A stretch of 63,199 nt of DNA, the filler included, from Octopus bimaculoides (taxonomy: Eukaryota): NCBI RefSeq assembly GCF_001194135.2. It is 5 parts of 4 records of this genome, joined end to end, with 100 filler letters (N's around TTAATTAATTAA, not from the genome) between each part and the next. Parts side by side here need not be neighbours in the genome. Positions count along the whole stretch, not along the records: positions 14,964 to 44,366 come from NC_068993.1; 4 more parts are not named here. One strand, written 5' to 3'. Below, in pieces: positions 24,774-37,419 of this stretch. A program made the translations under genes and the position numbers. Position 1 is the stretch's first letter; every line of letters starts with the position of its first letter. A model generated the notes under the pieces. That model was not told the origin of the DNA and made no database searches. It saw only the letters and a program-made list of their open reading frames with translations.

Positions 24774-26438
24774 CATACACAAATGCATATATGTGAGTAT
24801 AAACATTTTTTTTTTTATTATTCGGTAATACGGGCAACTTAGATTTAATGGTCCATTCCTAGCTGTCATGAAAGTAATATTATTGATGTGTGACTTCAGT
24901 GTAGAGCGATGCTAATGTGTCATTATCTTCTCCAGCAGCCCCTATTAATACCCGAGCAATAGTAGCTAGACATTCTATTTTATCTTTTATGATATCCTCT
25001 TGATTTATATCGCGATAACATCTTGCTCCATTTCATTCGTTGTTGTATGTAGGTACATTTGCATGTATATTTATATGCGTCGTGTGTATCTGGGTGAGTA
25101 CGTGCGTATAGGCGTGTAGTGTATAGAAATATGCATTTATACTTTATAGAATATATATATATATATATATATATATANNNNNNNNNNNNNNNNNNNNNNN
25201 NNNNNNNNNNNNNNNNNNNNNNNNNNNNNNNNNNNNNNNNNNNNNNNNNNNNNNNNNNNNNNNNNNNNNNNNNNNNNNNNNNNNNNNNNNNNNNNNNNNN
25301 NNNNNNNNNNNNNNNNNNNNNNNNNNNNNNNNNNNNNNNNNNNNNNNNNNNNNNNNNNNNNNNNNNNNNNNNNNNNNNNNNNNNNNNNNNNNNNNNNNNN
25401 NNNNNNNNNNNNNNNNNNNNNNNNNNNNNNNNNNNNNNNNNNNNNNNNNNNNNNNNNNNNNNNNNNNNNNNNNNNNNNNNNNNNNNNNNNNNNNNNNNNN
25501 NNNNNNNNNNNNNNNNNNNNNNNNNNNNNNNNNNNNNNNNNNNNNNNNNNNNNNNNNNNNNNNNNNNNNNNNNNNNNNNNNNNNNNNNNNNNNNNNNNNN
25601 NNNNNNNNNNNNNNNNNNNNNNNNNNNNNNNNNNNNNNNNNNNNNNNNNNNNNNNNNNNNNNNNNNNNNNNNNNNNNNNNNNNNNNNNNNNNNNNNNNNN
25701 NNNNNNNNNNNNNNNNNNNNNNNNNNNNNNNNNNNNNNNNNNNNNNNNNNNNNNNNNNNNNNNNNNNNNNNNNNNNNNNNNNNNNNNNNNNNNNNNNNNN
25801 NNNNNNNNNNNNNNNNNNNNNNNNNNNNNNNNNNNNNNNNNNNNNNNNNNNNNNNNNNNNNNNNNNNNNNNNNNNNNNNNNNNNNNNNNNNNNNNNNNNN
25901 NNNNNNNNNNNNNNNNNNNNNNNNNNNNNNNNNNNNNNNNNNNNNNNNNNNNNNNNNNNNNNNNNNNNNNNNNNNNNNNNNNNNNNNNNNNNNNNNNNNN
26001 NNNNNNNNNNNNNNNNNNNNNNNNNNNNNNNNNNNNNNNNNNNNNNNNNNNNNNNNNNNNNNNNNNNNNNNNNNNNNNNNNNNNNNNTATATATATATCT
26101 TAGGGCATTGCGTTGTAAATAGCCTGGTGTAGAACTCAATATACGGTTGCTCCTAAAAGAAACGTTAGTCGAGTTCAGAACAGAGATGACGAAGGAATTG
26201 GTGATTATCTTACGAACTTCATTAGTGTATTGTCGTTTCCACATAAAATGTGGTGAACTCATCGATGAGAGCCTGATTTACACCTTCGATGTTCATCAGG
26301 GACTGAAATATGAAATGCACTTCATGCTAGAAGCTCTGAGAGGGAGAGGCAGACAGACAGATAGCTTTTGTTTCTAATCCTTCCATCTTTTGTCCGGCGT
26401 TCCATATTGCATAGGGGCTATACCTGTTTGATCACAAG

Positions 26439-26920
26439 CACTACATTTGTCACATGTTTTTTTTTTTCTTTTTCGGGTTTTTTTATTGTAAACATTGAAT
26501 TTTCCTGACCATGCCTACAAGAGGATGTAGAAATTCACCAGATATATTCTGTTATGTGTGTGGATACCATGCTGGAAGAAAGCAAGTACTGAATTGCTTA
26601 TAGACCGTATTTTGGAATGAGAATGTGTGACCAAGGAAAACCATGGGCCTCTCATGTGACATGTGGAACATGTAGATCAAATTTAGATGGATGGCTTAGA
26701 AGTGCAAGAAAAGCTATTTGCTGCTCCGACAGTTTGGCGAGAGTCAAAACGTCATCACGATGATTGCTATTTTTGCGTGGTTGATATATTAAAATGCAGA
26801 AGAGTTAAGAGAAGAGTAGCCCTTCCGTATCCCAGCAATTAATCCTCCATAGGACCTGTGACACATTATAATAACTTACCGGTTCCATGGCCACCAGAAA
26901 ATGTTAGTACATCCTATGAA
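26439..26920 (+). mobile_element. DNA transposase N-terminal remnant, probably Chapaev3-like (CMC)
   Basis: From ATG 26511: MPTRGCRNSPDIFCYVCG...[fs]YRPYFGMRMCDQGKPWASHVTCGTCRSNLDGWL...[fs]PTVWRESKRHHDDCYFC...PVTH...LPVPWPP. The Cys/His pattern matches my recollection of Chapaev3; the family call is less certain than the transposase call. Confidence 0.6.
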
Positions 26921-26990
26921 AATGCTAATAACAAATTTAAATTTCATTCATGGTAACAGAATCAATATTGTATATATCATTTTTTAAACC

Positions 26991-27278
26991 GTTTCAGTGA
27001 TTTTCACTTTGGCCATGCTGGAGTAATGCCTTTTAGTCGAAGAAATTCATCCTGGACGTATTCATTATAAGGCTGCTACTTACTCTATGGGTCTCTTTTG
27101 CCGAACTGCTAAGTTACGGGGACATTGATTGTCAAGCGATGGTAGGGGGACAAACAAACGCAAACAAAAACATATTCATATATATATATATATAAAACGG
27201 GGTTCTTTCAGTTTCTATCAACCAAATCCACTCACAAAGCTTTGGTCGGCCCGAGGCTGCAGTAGAAGACAACTGCCT
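26991..27278 (-). mobile_element. SINE with internal (TA)n, head truncated
   Basis: 3' half at 26991-27160, (TA)n, then CORE-side block ctttcagtttctatcaaccaaatccactcacaaagctttggtcggcccgaggc. Confidence 0.8.
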
Positions 27279-27390
27279 GAGCTTCAACTGTTATCCCAGC
27301 TAGAAGCATATCCAGTTTCAAAATCTGGCCCTAGTTCTTGATGCCCTTTTGATTATTAACGCCTTCATTCTCCTTGTTATTACTTTATTT

Positions 27391-27577
27391 AAGTGGTGGG
27401 GGTGCTGAAAAGTTCCTGGGTTTAGGGTATCGCGAAAGGCCTGTTTTTAGCAAATCCACTCACAAGGCTTTGGCCTGCCCGAGGCTATAATGAAAGACAC
27501 TTGCCCAAGGTACCAGGCAGTGGGCCTAAACACTGAACCGTCTATTTAGGAAGCAAACTGCTCACCACACAGCCACA
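27391..27577. mobile_element. mariner-MITE left TIR fragment fused to a SINE 5' fragment (minus)
   Basis: ggtgctgaaaagttcctgg matches the TIR at 48941. The SINE block caaatccactcacaaggc...accacacagccac starts at 27451. Confidence 0.65.
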
Positions 27578-28190
27578 ACTCTGCCATAACTTCTTACCAC
27601 AGGCCCAGGACTGCGCCACACATGTATATATAAAATATATCTATACATGCATTTGAAATTATATTAAATGCTTTTATACACATGCACAAATACATAGTGA
27701 CACCTATACATGCACAAATACATAGTGTCACCTACACATACACTCGCATAGATCGTTTAGTAGGGAATTTCAGCCGCAAATAACATGCTGTAATATACTG
27801 AATGTACAGGGTTAAAAACTGCTCGGGTGAAAAAAGTAAAGTAACGTGAATAGCTACAAGTATTTCTTGAATAACGAAACATCTGGAAAAATGACAGGAT
27901 GCTGCCAACATGAACAAAAGTTAGTAACACATCTCTCCTCTTAGGACTCAATTTAACGAATTTAGATTTTTAATGTAACGCGGAAGAAAGTCAGTTTACA
28001 TTAAGAATATTAACGTAAATGTACATCTGATGTGGTTCGGGGAAAATACGTATTTCCTGTCCAGCAGTTATCATTCGGACTTCAGTACGTTCAAGTTGGT
28101 TTTCAGTCAGTATATTCTAGCAACTATTATTTACAGCTATATTCACTTCGAACAACTTCGTGAAATAATACATTTACATATTTCTCGATG

Positions 28191-28230
<40 letters not shown>

Positions 28231-28834
28231 AAGATACCTTACTTTCTTGCTTGTTATATTGACACATCGAATTTGAGAGAAGATATACTGAAGATTATCT
28301 TGGCACAGTTGATTAGCACGTTTTCGGTGCGTGATTACTGAATATTCCTCTTTCGAGCCAGTCGTGTAAACTTCTTCATTCAGGTCTAAAGTCTTCTTAA
28401 AACTAAATGCTCGAAGCTATTAGTAACACCCCAGTATCTTTCGCAATACATCGCAAATTGATTTATTTACATATCCTTATTGTGAGCAGACAAATTAACA
28501 CATATATATCTCTATCTTTCCTTTGTAAAATCGATCTCTCAAATTTATGCACGTATTCTTATAGTTGTGTTAGAATTGTTCCTCGTTTGAATCGTTCTGT
28601 AAGTATATAAGTTTATAGTAAGTATATCTTCTTGAATTCTATTACTGTTTTCATGTTGAAGATCAAATGGACTGCACTAAGTAAACCATAATATACAGAC
28701 GTTCTTCAATATTTTGCCGATACTAATATTATAAACCCACGACTCATTGAAAACTCAAACATTTGTTACATTCATCAAAGTTCCCCACATTTATTGATAT
28801 ATATATAAGATAATATACACAATAGTTAAAATTG

Positions 28835-28960
28835 TTAAAATAAAAGATATTTATAGTTTCTTGCCATCGAGACGCTGTGAGTAGGCAGGTTGAAGGAGTG
28901 TGCATTGCTTCTTAAAGTAATCTTTGGGCTCAGGGCACGGTGTTGGTTCTGTTTGGAAAC
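28835..28960 (-). CDS. Candidate terminal exon of a hypothetical gene
   Basis: Long pyrimidine tract and catgtccag|G acceptor. Open as VSKQNQHRAL...YKYLLF* (phase 0) or FQTEPTPCPEPKDYFKKQCTLLQPAYSQRLDGKKL* (phase 1). No homology recognised. Confidence 0.25.
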   Translation of the reverse strand, partial: VSKQNQHRALSPKITLRSNAHSFNLPTHSVSMARNYKYLLF

Positions 28961-29244
28961 CTGGACATGATACATCACGAGAAAAAAGAAACGAAAAGGT
29001 GGATGCAAAAAGTGGAATGAGAAGACACAAGGAGAGAAAGATCGCATATTTAGAGTTACGTCCACTTTGACGGTAGAACTCATAATTAATCTAGCTGGTG
29101 TAGAATAATTCAACGGTGAGGAGTCTAGGAGCCTGCGAGTTAGCTGTTAAATTATAAAGATATCCCCCAGTTCGACAGAAGGAATTAGACATGAGCTTGA
29201 ATTTGCTTAAAATTTCAGATCTGGAATTAAGTAATGTTCTTGAA

Positions 29245-29567
29245 TTCAGACCCTATACGAGGTCTTCAGACCCTATACAAGGCTAGTCAATTTAGTGGCT
29301 TTATTTTTATCGATGTGACAGCCATATATATGTATATGGTGGTCTGCATAATGTTTTTTCTTGGATCTGAAAAAGATGTGCATAAGTTGCATTTTTTTTT
29401 TATCCATTTGTATGTAGCATAAATTTACCCACGATTCACAATTTGATTGCGTGTGGTGTGCCTTTGGTCTTTAGACCCTATACGCGGCTAATTAACTTAG
29501 TGGCTTTATTTTTATCGATGTGACAGAAATATATATATGTATATGGTGGTTTGCATAATGTTTTTTT
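29245..29567. repeat. Direct repeat of about 100 bp (29261-29359 and 29466-29567) plus a 20-bp tandem
   Basis: ggtctt(c/t)agaccctatac...tagtggctttatttttatcgatgtgacag...tatatggtggt(c/t)tgcataatgttttt occurs twice. Confidence 0.9.
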
Positions 29568-29934
29568 ACAGTTTCTTATGCATTAGCCGCCGTAATGTAA
29601 AAGAGATATTAGGTAGCTGTTCGATATAATCCAACAAAACAGATAAACTCCTGATACTGTACATGTTCATGCAATACGGTTTCGATGCTCAGTGTGCAAC
29701 ATGGCAGTCGCATTAGAAAGTAATTTATTGCAGTTAAATAGTATCTCGAACTTGTAGTGGCCCTAAATAATCCTGTCATCCTAAATGTTTTTGGAAGATT
29801 TCAATAACAGACCTCGGCACAATAATCTTCATTGAGAGACTAGCAAGATTCTTCGAGGATGTCCTCAAACATTTCTTGTCACTGGTCCACTCTGAATTTC
29901 TGTATTTCTGGAAATCTTTGCCTTACTGACTGAT

Positions 29935-29939
29935 GTTCC

Positions 29940-29974
<35 letters not shown>

Positions 29975-29987
29975 CTCCCCCTCCTCA

Positions 29988-30031
<44 letters not shown>

Positions 30032-30049
30032 ATAATAATTATAATAATA
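29935..30049. repeat. (CCT)n, (TAC)n and (TAA)-rich simple repeats
   Basis: Direct reading of the sequence. Confidence 0.95.
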
Positions 30050-30300
30050 GAGAAGTAGTACAAGCTGCCTAAGATGGGAATAACCGACTTTGGGCAATGA
30101 AGAAAGTAACTGTCAATAGCTGTAGAGGCATTAGGAGTATTAAAAACCAGGTTTGAGAAATTTGTTGGCGGAATTAGTATTGATATAAAGGTACAACATG
30201 TTCAGAAAACAACTCTATCAGTGACAGCGAGGATTTTCAAATTGGTAGCTGGATTTTAAATTATAGTGGAAGAAGACCGTATGAATCCTTTTAAATCTAG
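30050..30300 (+). mobile_element. Dong/Rex6-type R4-clade LINE 3' end
   Basis: WAMKKVTV[fs]IAVEALGVLKTRFEKFVGGISIDIKVQHVQKTTLSVTARIFKLV*, matching the IVxGALG...QKTALLGTARILR terminus of REL LINEs. Confidence 0.75.
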
Positions 30301-30350
30301 CCGGAGCGGGTAAAATCGAAATCTTTGAGAAGTGAAATGAATAATAAGAA

Positions 30351-30550
30351 TTCTTTCTACTATAGGCACGTGACTTAGAATTTTTGTGGGGAAGGGTCTA
30401 GTCGATTGCATCCACCCTAGAGCTCAATTGGTACTTATTTCTTTGACCTCGTAAGGATGGAAGTTAAAGTTGACATCGGTGGGGTTTCAGCTCAGAAGGG
30501 AAAGGTGAAAGAAATACCGGGAAGTATTTTAGTAATTAGTCTGCCCGCTC
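30351..30550 (-). mobile_element. Old Meta-like SINE
   Basis: ttctttctactataggcacg...ggtacttattt...aagttgacatcgg. Confidence 0.65.
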
Positions 30551-30814
30551 AATAATAATAATAATATCGTGTCCTGTGTATCTTTGCATGTGTGATCGAG
30601 TCGAAAGATATAACGATTGTGCAAAATATGTACACTCTGTCGGCAAAACGGCTAAGAATGATTATAAACATGTAACAAGGATTTTGCTCACACTCAAGCC
30701 AGTATTAACATGCACAATGCCTGGCGAAAGGAAAATGAGATGATTGGGAACCGTTAAAACCGGCTGGAAATACCCGGGAGAAGAACGACATTCTCTGTTC
30801 CCCCATAGACTTAC

Positions 30815-30850
30815 CCGTCCATTATGACCTACATCATCCCGTAAAATAAA
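30815..30850 (-). CDS. Candidate 36-nt microexon (FILRDDVGHNGR)
   Basis: ttttactttgatag| acceptor and GG|GTAAGT donor. Only the phase-0 frame is open. Confidence 0.25.
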
Positions 30851-32882
30851 CTATCAAAGTAAAATTATTTTGAAATGGAAATAGCTCGTGTTGTGTGAAA
30901 TAATTATATAAGAACCAATAAAATCTGAACCACTATTTATGATTAAACTGACATCAACATATTCTTAAAAAGCTATAACATTGCCCACAAAATACACAGA
31001 AATAGCTGTACTTGTTACAACTCCAGACGTGCTCATGCCCGTGGAAGAATTTTCATAAATCATATAAGACAGGTTGTAAGTTATCATCACTCTATAAACT
31101 AAAACAATTTACATGATACCCTCCTTGCTTCTTTTGTCCCCAAATATTGCTGTATGTTAACTGCGGTGGTCTTTACTTCAAATAAATATTTTGTATTTGA
31201 AGTAAAAATGTTTTATAGAATGTATATGAATTTCTAAATATACAAATGCATAAGATTTAAAGTACAGAAACGTATTAAATACCTATTTCATTAATCAATA
31301 ATTGATTCATATTTAACAATGAAAAACATGAGCGTGATATATTATGATTTTCTATTTCATGCTTGGAAGTTTTTGAGATAAACAATTCTTTATTTTTATG
31401 ATCAACGAAATGAACATCTCATTTTTTTTTTTCTTTTTTTGCATTTAGTGTTAGCAAGTGAAGACAATCCCAATTGATAAAATATGAAATAGAAAACTAA
31501 ATAAAAATCGATAAAGCGTTTTAAAGTTTTCAAAGATTTTCTTTTATAGAAATGAAAAATGTGTCAGTAGGTAAGTTTGCGTGCTAAATTTTAAGTCTAC
31601 AAACGTTGGATATCGAAGTCATATTTTTTTCTATATCACAATTTCAGAACTGTCAGATTGAAATTTTTATAAGAAAGTTCCATAGCTAAATATAATTGTC
31701 TGTGTTTAATGATGAACCTAAAATTCATTTGTCATTCAGAGTTGTGAAATATCCAACAACAACAGAATATATTTTTTGTTCAACTTCAATAGACTATTTT
31801 TTTAATATTGAATTTACATATTAATGGAAATATATGAACGCTACTGTTTTATCTCCGTTTTTCGAACCAAAATTTTTGTACATTGCAATCAATATATTTT
31901 TTTCTTATGCCTTGGGAATATTTCCATCTTTCTTTGCAAACCAGCTTTGGTATTAAATTAATGTGAAAAAGAAAAGACAATTGCGAAACAGATCATTGTG
32001 CAAATATATGCATCGAAGTACATTCTGAAAAAGCTTTTGAGATTTTCCATTTCCAAAAATGCCGGTAAATATTTCTGGAGTTCGTATATAGGGTGAATTA
32101 TCTTTTCTTTTTTTTTTTAATAACAAATTTTTAATTATCGTTTTTAATGATTTAAGCAAGTTCAATATTTCTAATCAACTGTTACTGTTTGGTGACGTGT
32201 ACTGTCTTATGTATCGTGTAATAAACCTTATCCCATTAGTATTTCGCTGTTATATTTCCAATACAAAATACGTCATCCTTTGATAGAGTCTGCTGGGATT
32301 GATGCCGCTTTAGTACAAAGCATGGCCAATATGAATATTACTGTTTTAATGTAGGCATGTGAAATATCAAAATATATTTAATCCACCAATAGTATGTTGT
32401 ATTTCTATGCAAATATATAAACTAGTGCATATTCTAGAAACCTTTGTAACATTTAAACAATTTCGTAGGAAGCAAGAATACACGGAAGCAGTAAACCACA
32501 AAATACAGCAACAAAATTCAGTTTCCTAACATCGACCTCATAAAAGAGAAACTAACAAACCACCAAAATCATGATAAACTCACGTTTTTTAAATGGAGTC
32601 ATGCATAAATTGAATACATATTTCGATCGTGTGAATTTACAAGAAAATTGCAGCCAATTCTGAAGGAAGATAAGCTCTTGTTCAGAATGTTATATATTCG
32701 TTTCAAATCAACTCAGCTAATAGTTGGTAATTATAGCAACATACAATCTCATGGTTGATTGTGCAAGATGACTGCGTTGTTCTTTGTTCAAGGCAAAAAT
32801 TAAAGCTGGTTGCTAAATAACGCTGTAGTCAGTATTTAGTCAGAAATGTAATATTTCTCATAATGTATCAACTGTTACACAC

Positions 32883-32932
32883 ATCCCAAGACACAAGCCA
32901 ACGGTAAGCCCTTATCTCCCAATGTGGTATAC
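32883..32932 (-). CDS. Candidate exon (xIPHWEIRAYRWLVSWD)
   Basis: Strong tttggtctctatttcag|G acceptor. The donor is weak (gtgtgt). Confidence 0.2.
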
Positions 32933-34209
32933 CTGAAATAGAGACCAAACATTATCTTATAAAACACGCTGCTACCGTAAATTGGAACACGATTGATAGC
33001 ATGATCCTAGGAACTTTACCTTGCTTGTAGGAAAGCAGATGGATTGGAGAGGGCTGAAATGTTTTGATGATATATTTGCTTCATGAAGGATAACTAGGGG
33101 CTAAATAAAAACAACCAAACCTAACGAGGAAGCCTACCTACAGTAGGTCGACTTGTAACAAAAAGTAGCCAAGATCTATCATGTAATAAGATATCGTATT
33201 AATTAAGAATATACCCGGTACTGTGGAGCTGAACACGGGCACAAGTTGAGATAATCACAGCTATAATATCTTAGTTATTGGTCTGGTGTATAAGGGTTGA
33301 CTTGAATCGAAGCAAAATAACACACAAAGGAACAACCAACGCTAGCATAGGAATTGTCAGGTGGTCATTGGATCTGCTGAAGGAAGCAGTTAAATCATTT
33401 ATACTTCCTTTAAAAGTAGAAACTTTTGAGAGTTATTGATATAAAAGCAGACCAGATCGTCACGATTAAAAGGTCTTTAATTTCTGATCGTTATAATATG
33501 AAAACAATTTTAACAACCTTAAAAATAACATCCAGCCTGGGATGGAATCCCTAAGCGGTTGCTGGACGTCGTAGAAATAGAAACTAATTTTCCTATCATT
33601 ATATTTAATGTACTAAAGAAAACAACGAGCATACACATTTAAATATTACTCTGGGGTATATTTTATCTGAAAACTACGACCTGATCGTGTGGCTTTAGCT
33701 GGAACGGCTGGGGTCATAGGTTAGCTTCTTTAGTGGTGACCTGCAGCTAAATGACAACAAGAAACAATAGGAATAGCAACAAAAACAATAGTGATATTCA
33801 TTTTTAACCAGTAGCCGAACAACATCTATCTGCTTCATAATTCACTGACCAACAAATAATATATATTCGATATGACACTGCGATTATTTTGCACACGTGA
33901 ACACATACGCACTTTCAAATACACAGTACACAGACACATATATACATGTACAGATATACAAGCACGTACAAGTAAAATATGCATATGCGCGGACACAAGT
34001 ATTCACAAACACACCAATACGTACGTACGCATAGATTATGTGAGAAATCGACAGGTATAAAACATCAATCACGAACAGGTTTGTCACAATGGCATTTATG
34101 TTTTGTAGCACAAAAGGTGAGCTGAACCGTGAAGTCCATGATTTACACAGTCTCTAGTTTACAATAGCCAGAGTTATACATACATACATAGACACACACA
34201 CATGTACGC

Positions 34210-34251
<42 letters not shown>

Positions 34252-35978
34252 NNNNNNNNNNNNNNNNNNNNNNNNNNNNNNNNNNNNNNNNNNNNNNNNN
34301 NNNNNNNNNNNNNNNNNNNNNNNNNNNNNNNNNNNNNNNNNNNNNNNNNNNNNNNNNNNNNNNNNNNNNNNNNNNNNNNNNNNNNNNNNNNNNNNNNNNN
34401 NNNNNNNNNNNNNNNNNNNNNNNNNNNNNNNNNNNNNNNNNNNNNNNNNNNNNNNNNNNNNNNNNNNNNNNNNNNNNNNNNNNNNNNNNNNNNNNNNNNN
34501 NNNNNNNNNNNNNNNNNNNNNNNNNNNNNNNNNNNNNNNNNNTGTGTGTGTGTGTGTGTGCGTGTGCGTGTGCGTGAGTGCGCTTAAACCGAAATTCTTT
34601 TCCTCGAACGAAGTATCTATACAGTATGAAACATGAAAATAAAAATGTTCCACCAGTAAAAAAAAACAGATGACATATGTACAAATCAAAGTGATTAGGT
34701 TACAGCCATACATATTCGAGGTATTGGAATGTAAGAGAACACTGCTTGTTGAAATTTGTATATGACCATAGATTAGTAAGGCGTGGTTGGCGTTGTCACA
34801 GGAATCGATTCTTGTTTTATGATTGGTATTTATGTCATCGGTTTAGGAGGAATGAAATATAGTATGATTCACGCTTGAGGCTTGAACAAAGATCGGAAGA
34901 TGAAGCTACGAATTAATGAAAGCCAATTAGTATCTAGCTGCAGTGTTCCTGTAAGGAACAATAAGATAGTCATTTTAGGGTTATAGTCATGCAACTGAGG
35001 CGTATAGTAGTTTATAAATATAAGCCTGAGATGTGCTTTACAACACCATTTCCAGCCATGCATCAAACGTACAGCTTGGTGATGCGATAGACGTTGTTAC
35101 GTCGAACCATGCGATAGCGCTTGGAATATCCTTTGTCCAGTCCTCAGAGCATCCAGACATGATGGCCAGGGGAAAAGTGATATGAAAACAAGGAAAATAA
35201 CAGTAAGCATTTACATAAAAAATACAAGTTGCAATGTAACAAAACCGATAACTATTCTTATAAACTTTTCACTATTTTGGAAACATTAAATTGTTTTCTC
35301 TTTTGATTTCCAATGTAAATGTTCATCTTAAAATTTATTTTAATAAAAATGAAAAATGCTTTATCTTTCATATGACAAATTAAGCAGTGATAAATATTTA
35401 ATGACCTCTTGCATTAATTTATAAAAATGTTTAATATAGTTCATTAATATTTCCTAATATAATTCTTATATCCTAAAGTTGGTACTAAGCAGTGTATTTA
35501 TTACATTAATTATTAATTACATGCATTGATTAATTGTTACTACTTGATATGAAAATATACTTACAAAGCACCTCGTGACCTAACAATTAAAATGTATATC
35601 TTAATTTGAAAGCTGCAAGAAAAAATGTACTGTTTAATGAGCTTAAATAGGTTAGTGTATGTTATATATGTAACAATAATCATTATTCTCAAAATGACTC
35701 GGCAAATTTATTAAATTCTAATGAAAAATGATGAGATATTCTGCACTTAAACATGTACAGTAACCAAAACTTTTGTCCGTAGGAACAATCGGCCCTCAAC
35801 ATATAATTAATTGGATTTGCACATAAAATTTTGTAAAATCGGAATATTTTAACTTGTTCCATATCTTTAAAAAAATGTATATCATAAAAACGTTCCGATG
35901 GAAACAAAGCGAAAGTGAAGATGGACTGAAATGAATCTGTTAGGAATTAGTGCAATAATACCTTCATCACATCACGTT

Positions 35979-37200
35979 TTAGTAAAGTTTAGGCAACGTA
36001 TTATATAACAATTTACGGGTTACAATAAGTGTTCGAAATGATTTCCGCCTTCTAAACACTTCCTTACTCGGGAAACATGACCTTCGCACGTTCCTGAGCA
36101 GAGAGTTATTCTCTCGTATGATTTCAATTTCTTGTGTGATGTTACCGTTTAATGCTTGTAATGCTCTTGGTCTGTTAGCATAAACCATTCATTTAAAATG
36201 TTCCCACAAGAAAAAATGTACAGGACTCAAATCCGGACATTCAACCCGTCCTTGACGTCCAATCCATTTTCTTGGAAATATATTGTCCAAAAAACTGCGC
36301 ACATCTTTCGTACAATGTGACGGAGCCCCATCCTGTTGAAACCATATATATCTCTTCGAATTGCTAATGGTACGTGATGTCATCTAGGCAAGGCATAATG
36401 AATATTTTTTAATAAATGATGGTATGACTCACCCGTTACGGTGTTTGGGAAGAAATAAGGACTGATTATCGTAGTTCCCCATATAGCAACCCACACCATA
36501 ATCCTTGGACAGTATTGGATGTGCACATTCACAATCCACCGAGGATTTTCTGCCGACCAATAACGTGAATTATGTCTGTTAACTGAACCGTTTAAGTAAA
36601 ATATTGCTTCGTCACTGAATAGAGCATGATTTTCCATCTGTATTTGTTCTACAAACCACTGACAATACTCTCTCTACACGACGATTCATATCATGTACAT
36701 GCAACTCATGTGCTAATTGCACTTTAAACGGATGAAAATGCTTGCGAGACAAAATGCGGCCAACAGAACACCCAGATACACCCGTTTCTTCTGGACTTTT
36801 CTTAATGACATTTGTGGGCTTCCTTCCACATGTCTGCATACCCATGTAGATGTTTAAGGATCAGTTGCAGTTCTTCTTTTTTTTCCACTCATGGACGCTT
36901 CCTCTTTCTTTCAAACGAATACAAGTTTTGCTGACAGTTCTTTGTGTAATTGGTTGCCTATTCGGGTACTTAGCATTAAAAACACCTGCGACTGAGGGCA
37001 AGCTGGTGCTATTTTTCGCATACAGACGTACAAGTTCTACTCTTTCTGAAATTGTTAGCTTTTCTGCCATGGCTACCGATATGAAACACAAAAAAGAAAT
37101 ACAATTAGATATGATAATTAAATGATCAAAATCATGTTAAAGATCAGAAATACTTTTTTTGTAATTTCTCTATGGATCCAGACTTTTGCACCACTCTGTA
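35979..37200 (-). mobile_element. Tc1/mariner DD41D (rosa/Visitor-like) transposase pseudogene, one TIR end retained
   Basis: MAEKLTISERVELVRLYAKN (HTH), HFHPFKVQLAHEL, LFSDEAIFYLNGSVNRHNSRYWS, WFQQDGAPSH...KWIGRQG...PDLSPVHFFLW, VYANRP. The spacing fits DD41D after a 4-residue deletion, with the third D mutated to H. TA-CAGAGTGGTGCAAAAG terminus at 37200. No matching second TIR found. Confidence 0.9.
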
Positions 37201-37370
37201 TAAAGACGCAATGTTCTAAATTCAAAAGTTGTAGATTAATCCAAGAACGTTTAACGTAAACTGTATAGATAAAGATGCATGGTTATAAATTCAAGAGTTG
37301 TGGATAAATATAATAGGTTTTAACGTAAACCGTATGTATAAAAATGCATGGTTGTAAATTCAAGAGTTTC
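37201..37370. repeat. 69-bp minisatellite, about 2.5 units
   Basis: Units start at 37201, 37270 and 37339 (taaagatgcatggtt..aaattcaagagtt...ttaacgtaaac). Confidence 0.85.
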
Positions 37371-37377
37371 TAACTTA

Positions 37378-37419
<42 letters not shown>

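Noticed and set aside
28240-28415. 58-codon ATG-less minus-strand frame ending at AAA|GTAAGG
   Set aside because: Weak acceptor, no homology, and a length attainable by chance.
34111-34118. Possible 8-nt plus-strand microexon (ttttgtag|CACAAAAG|gtgagc), and an 18-nt minus-strand one at 13978-13995
   Set aside because: Matches this short are expected by chance in 63 kb, and neither has supporting neighbours.
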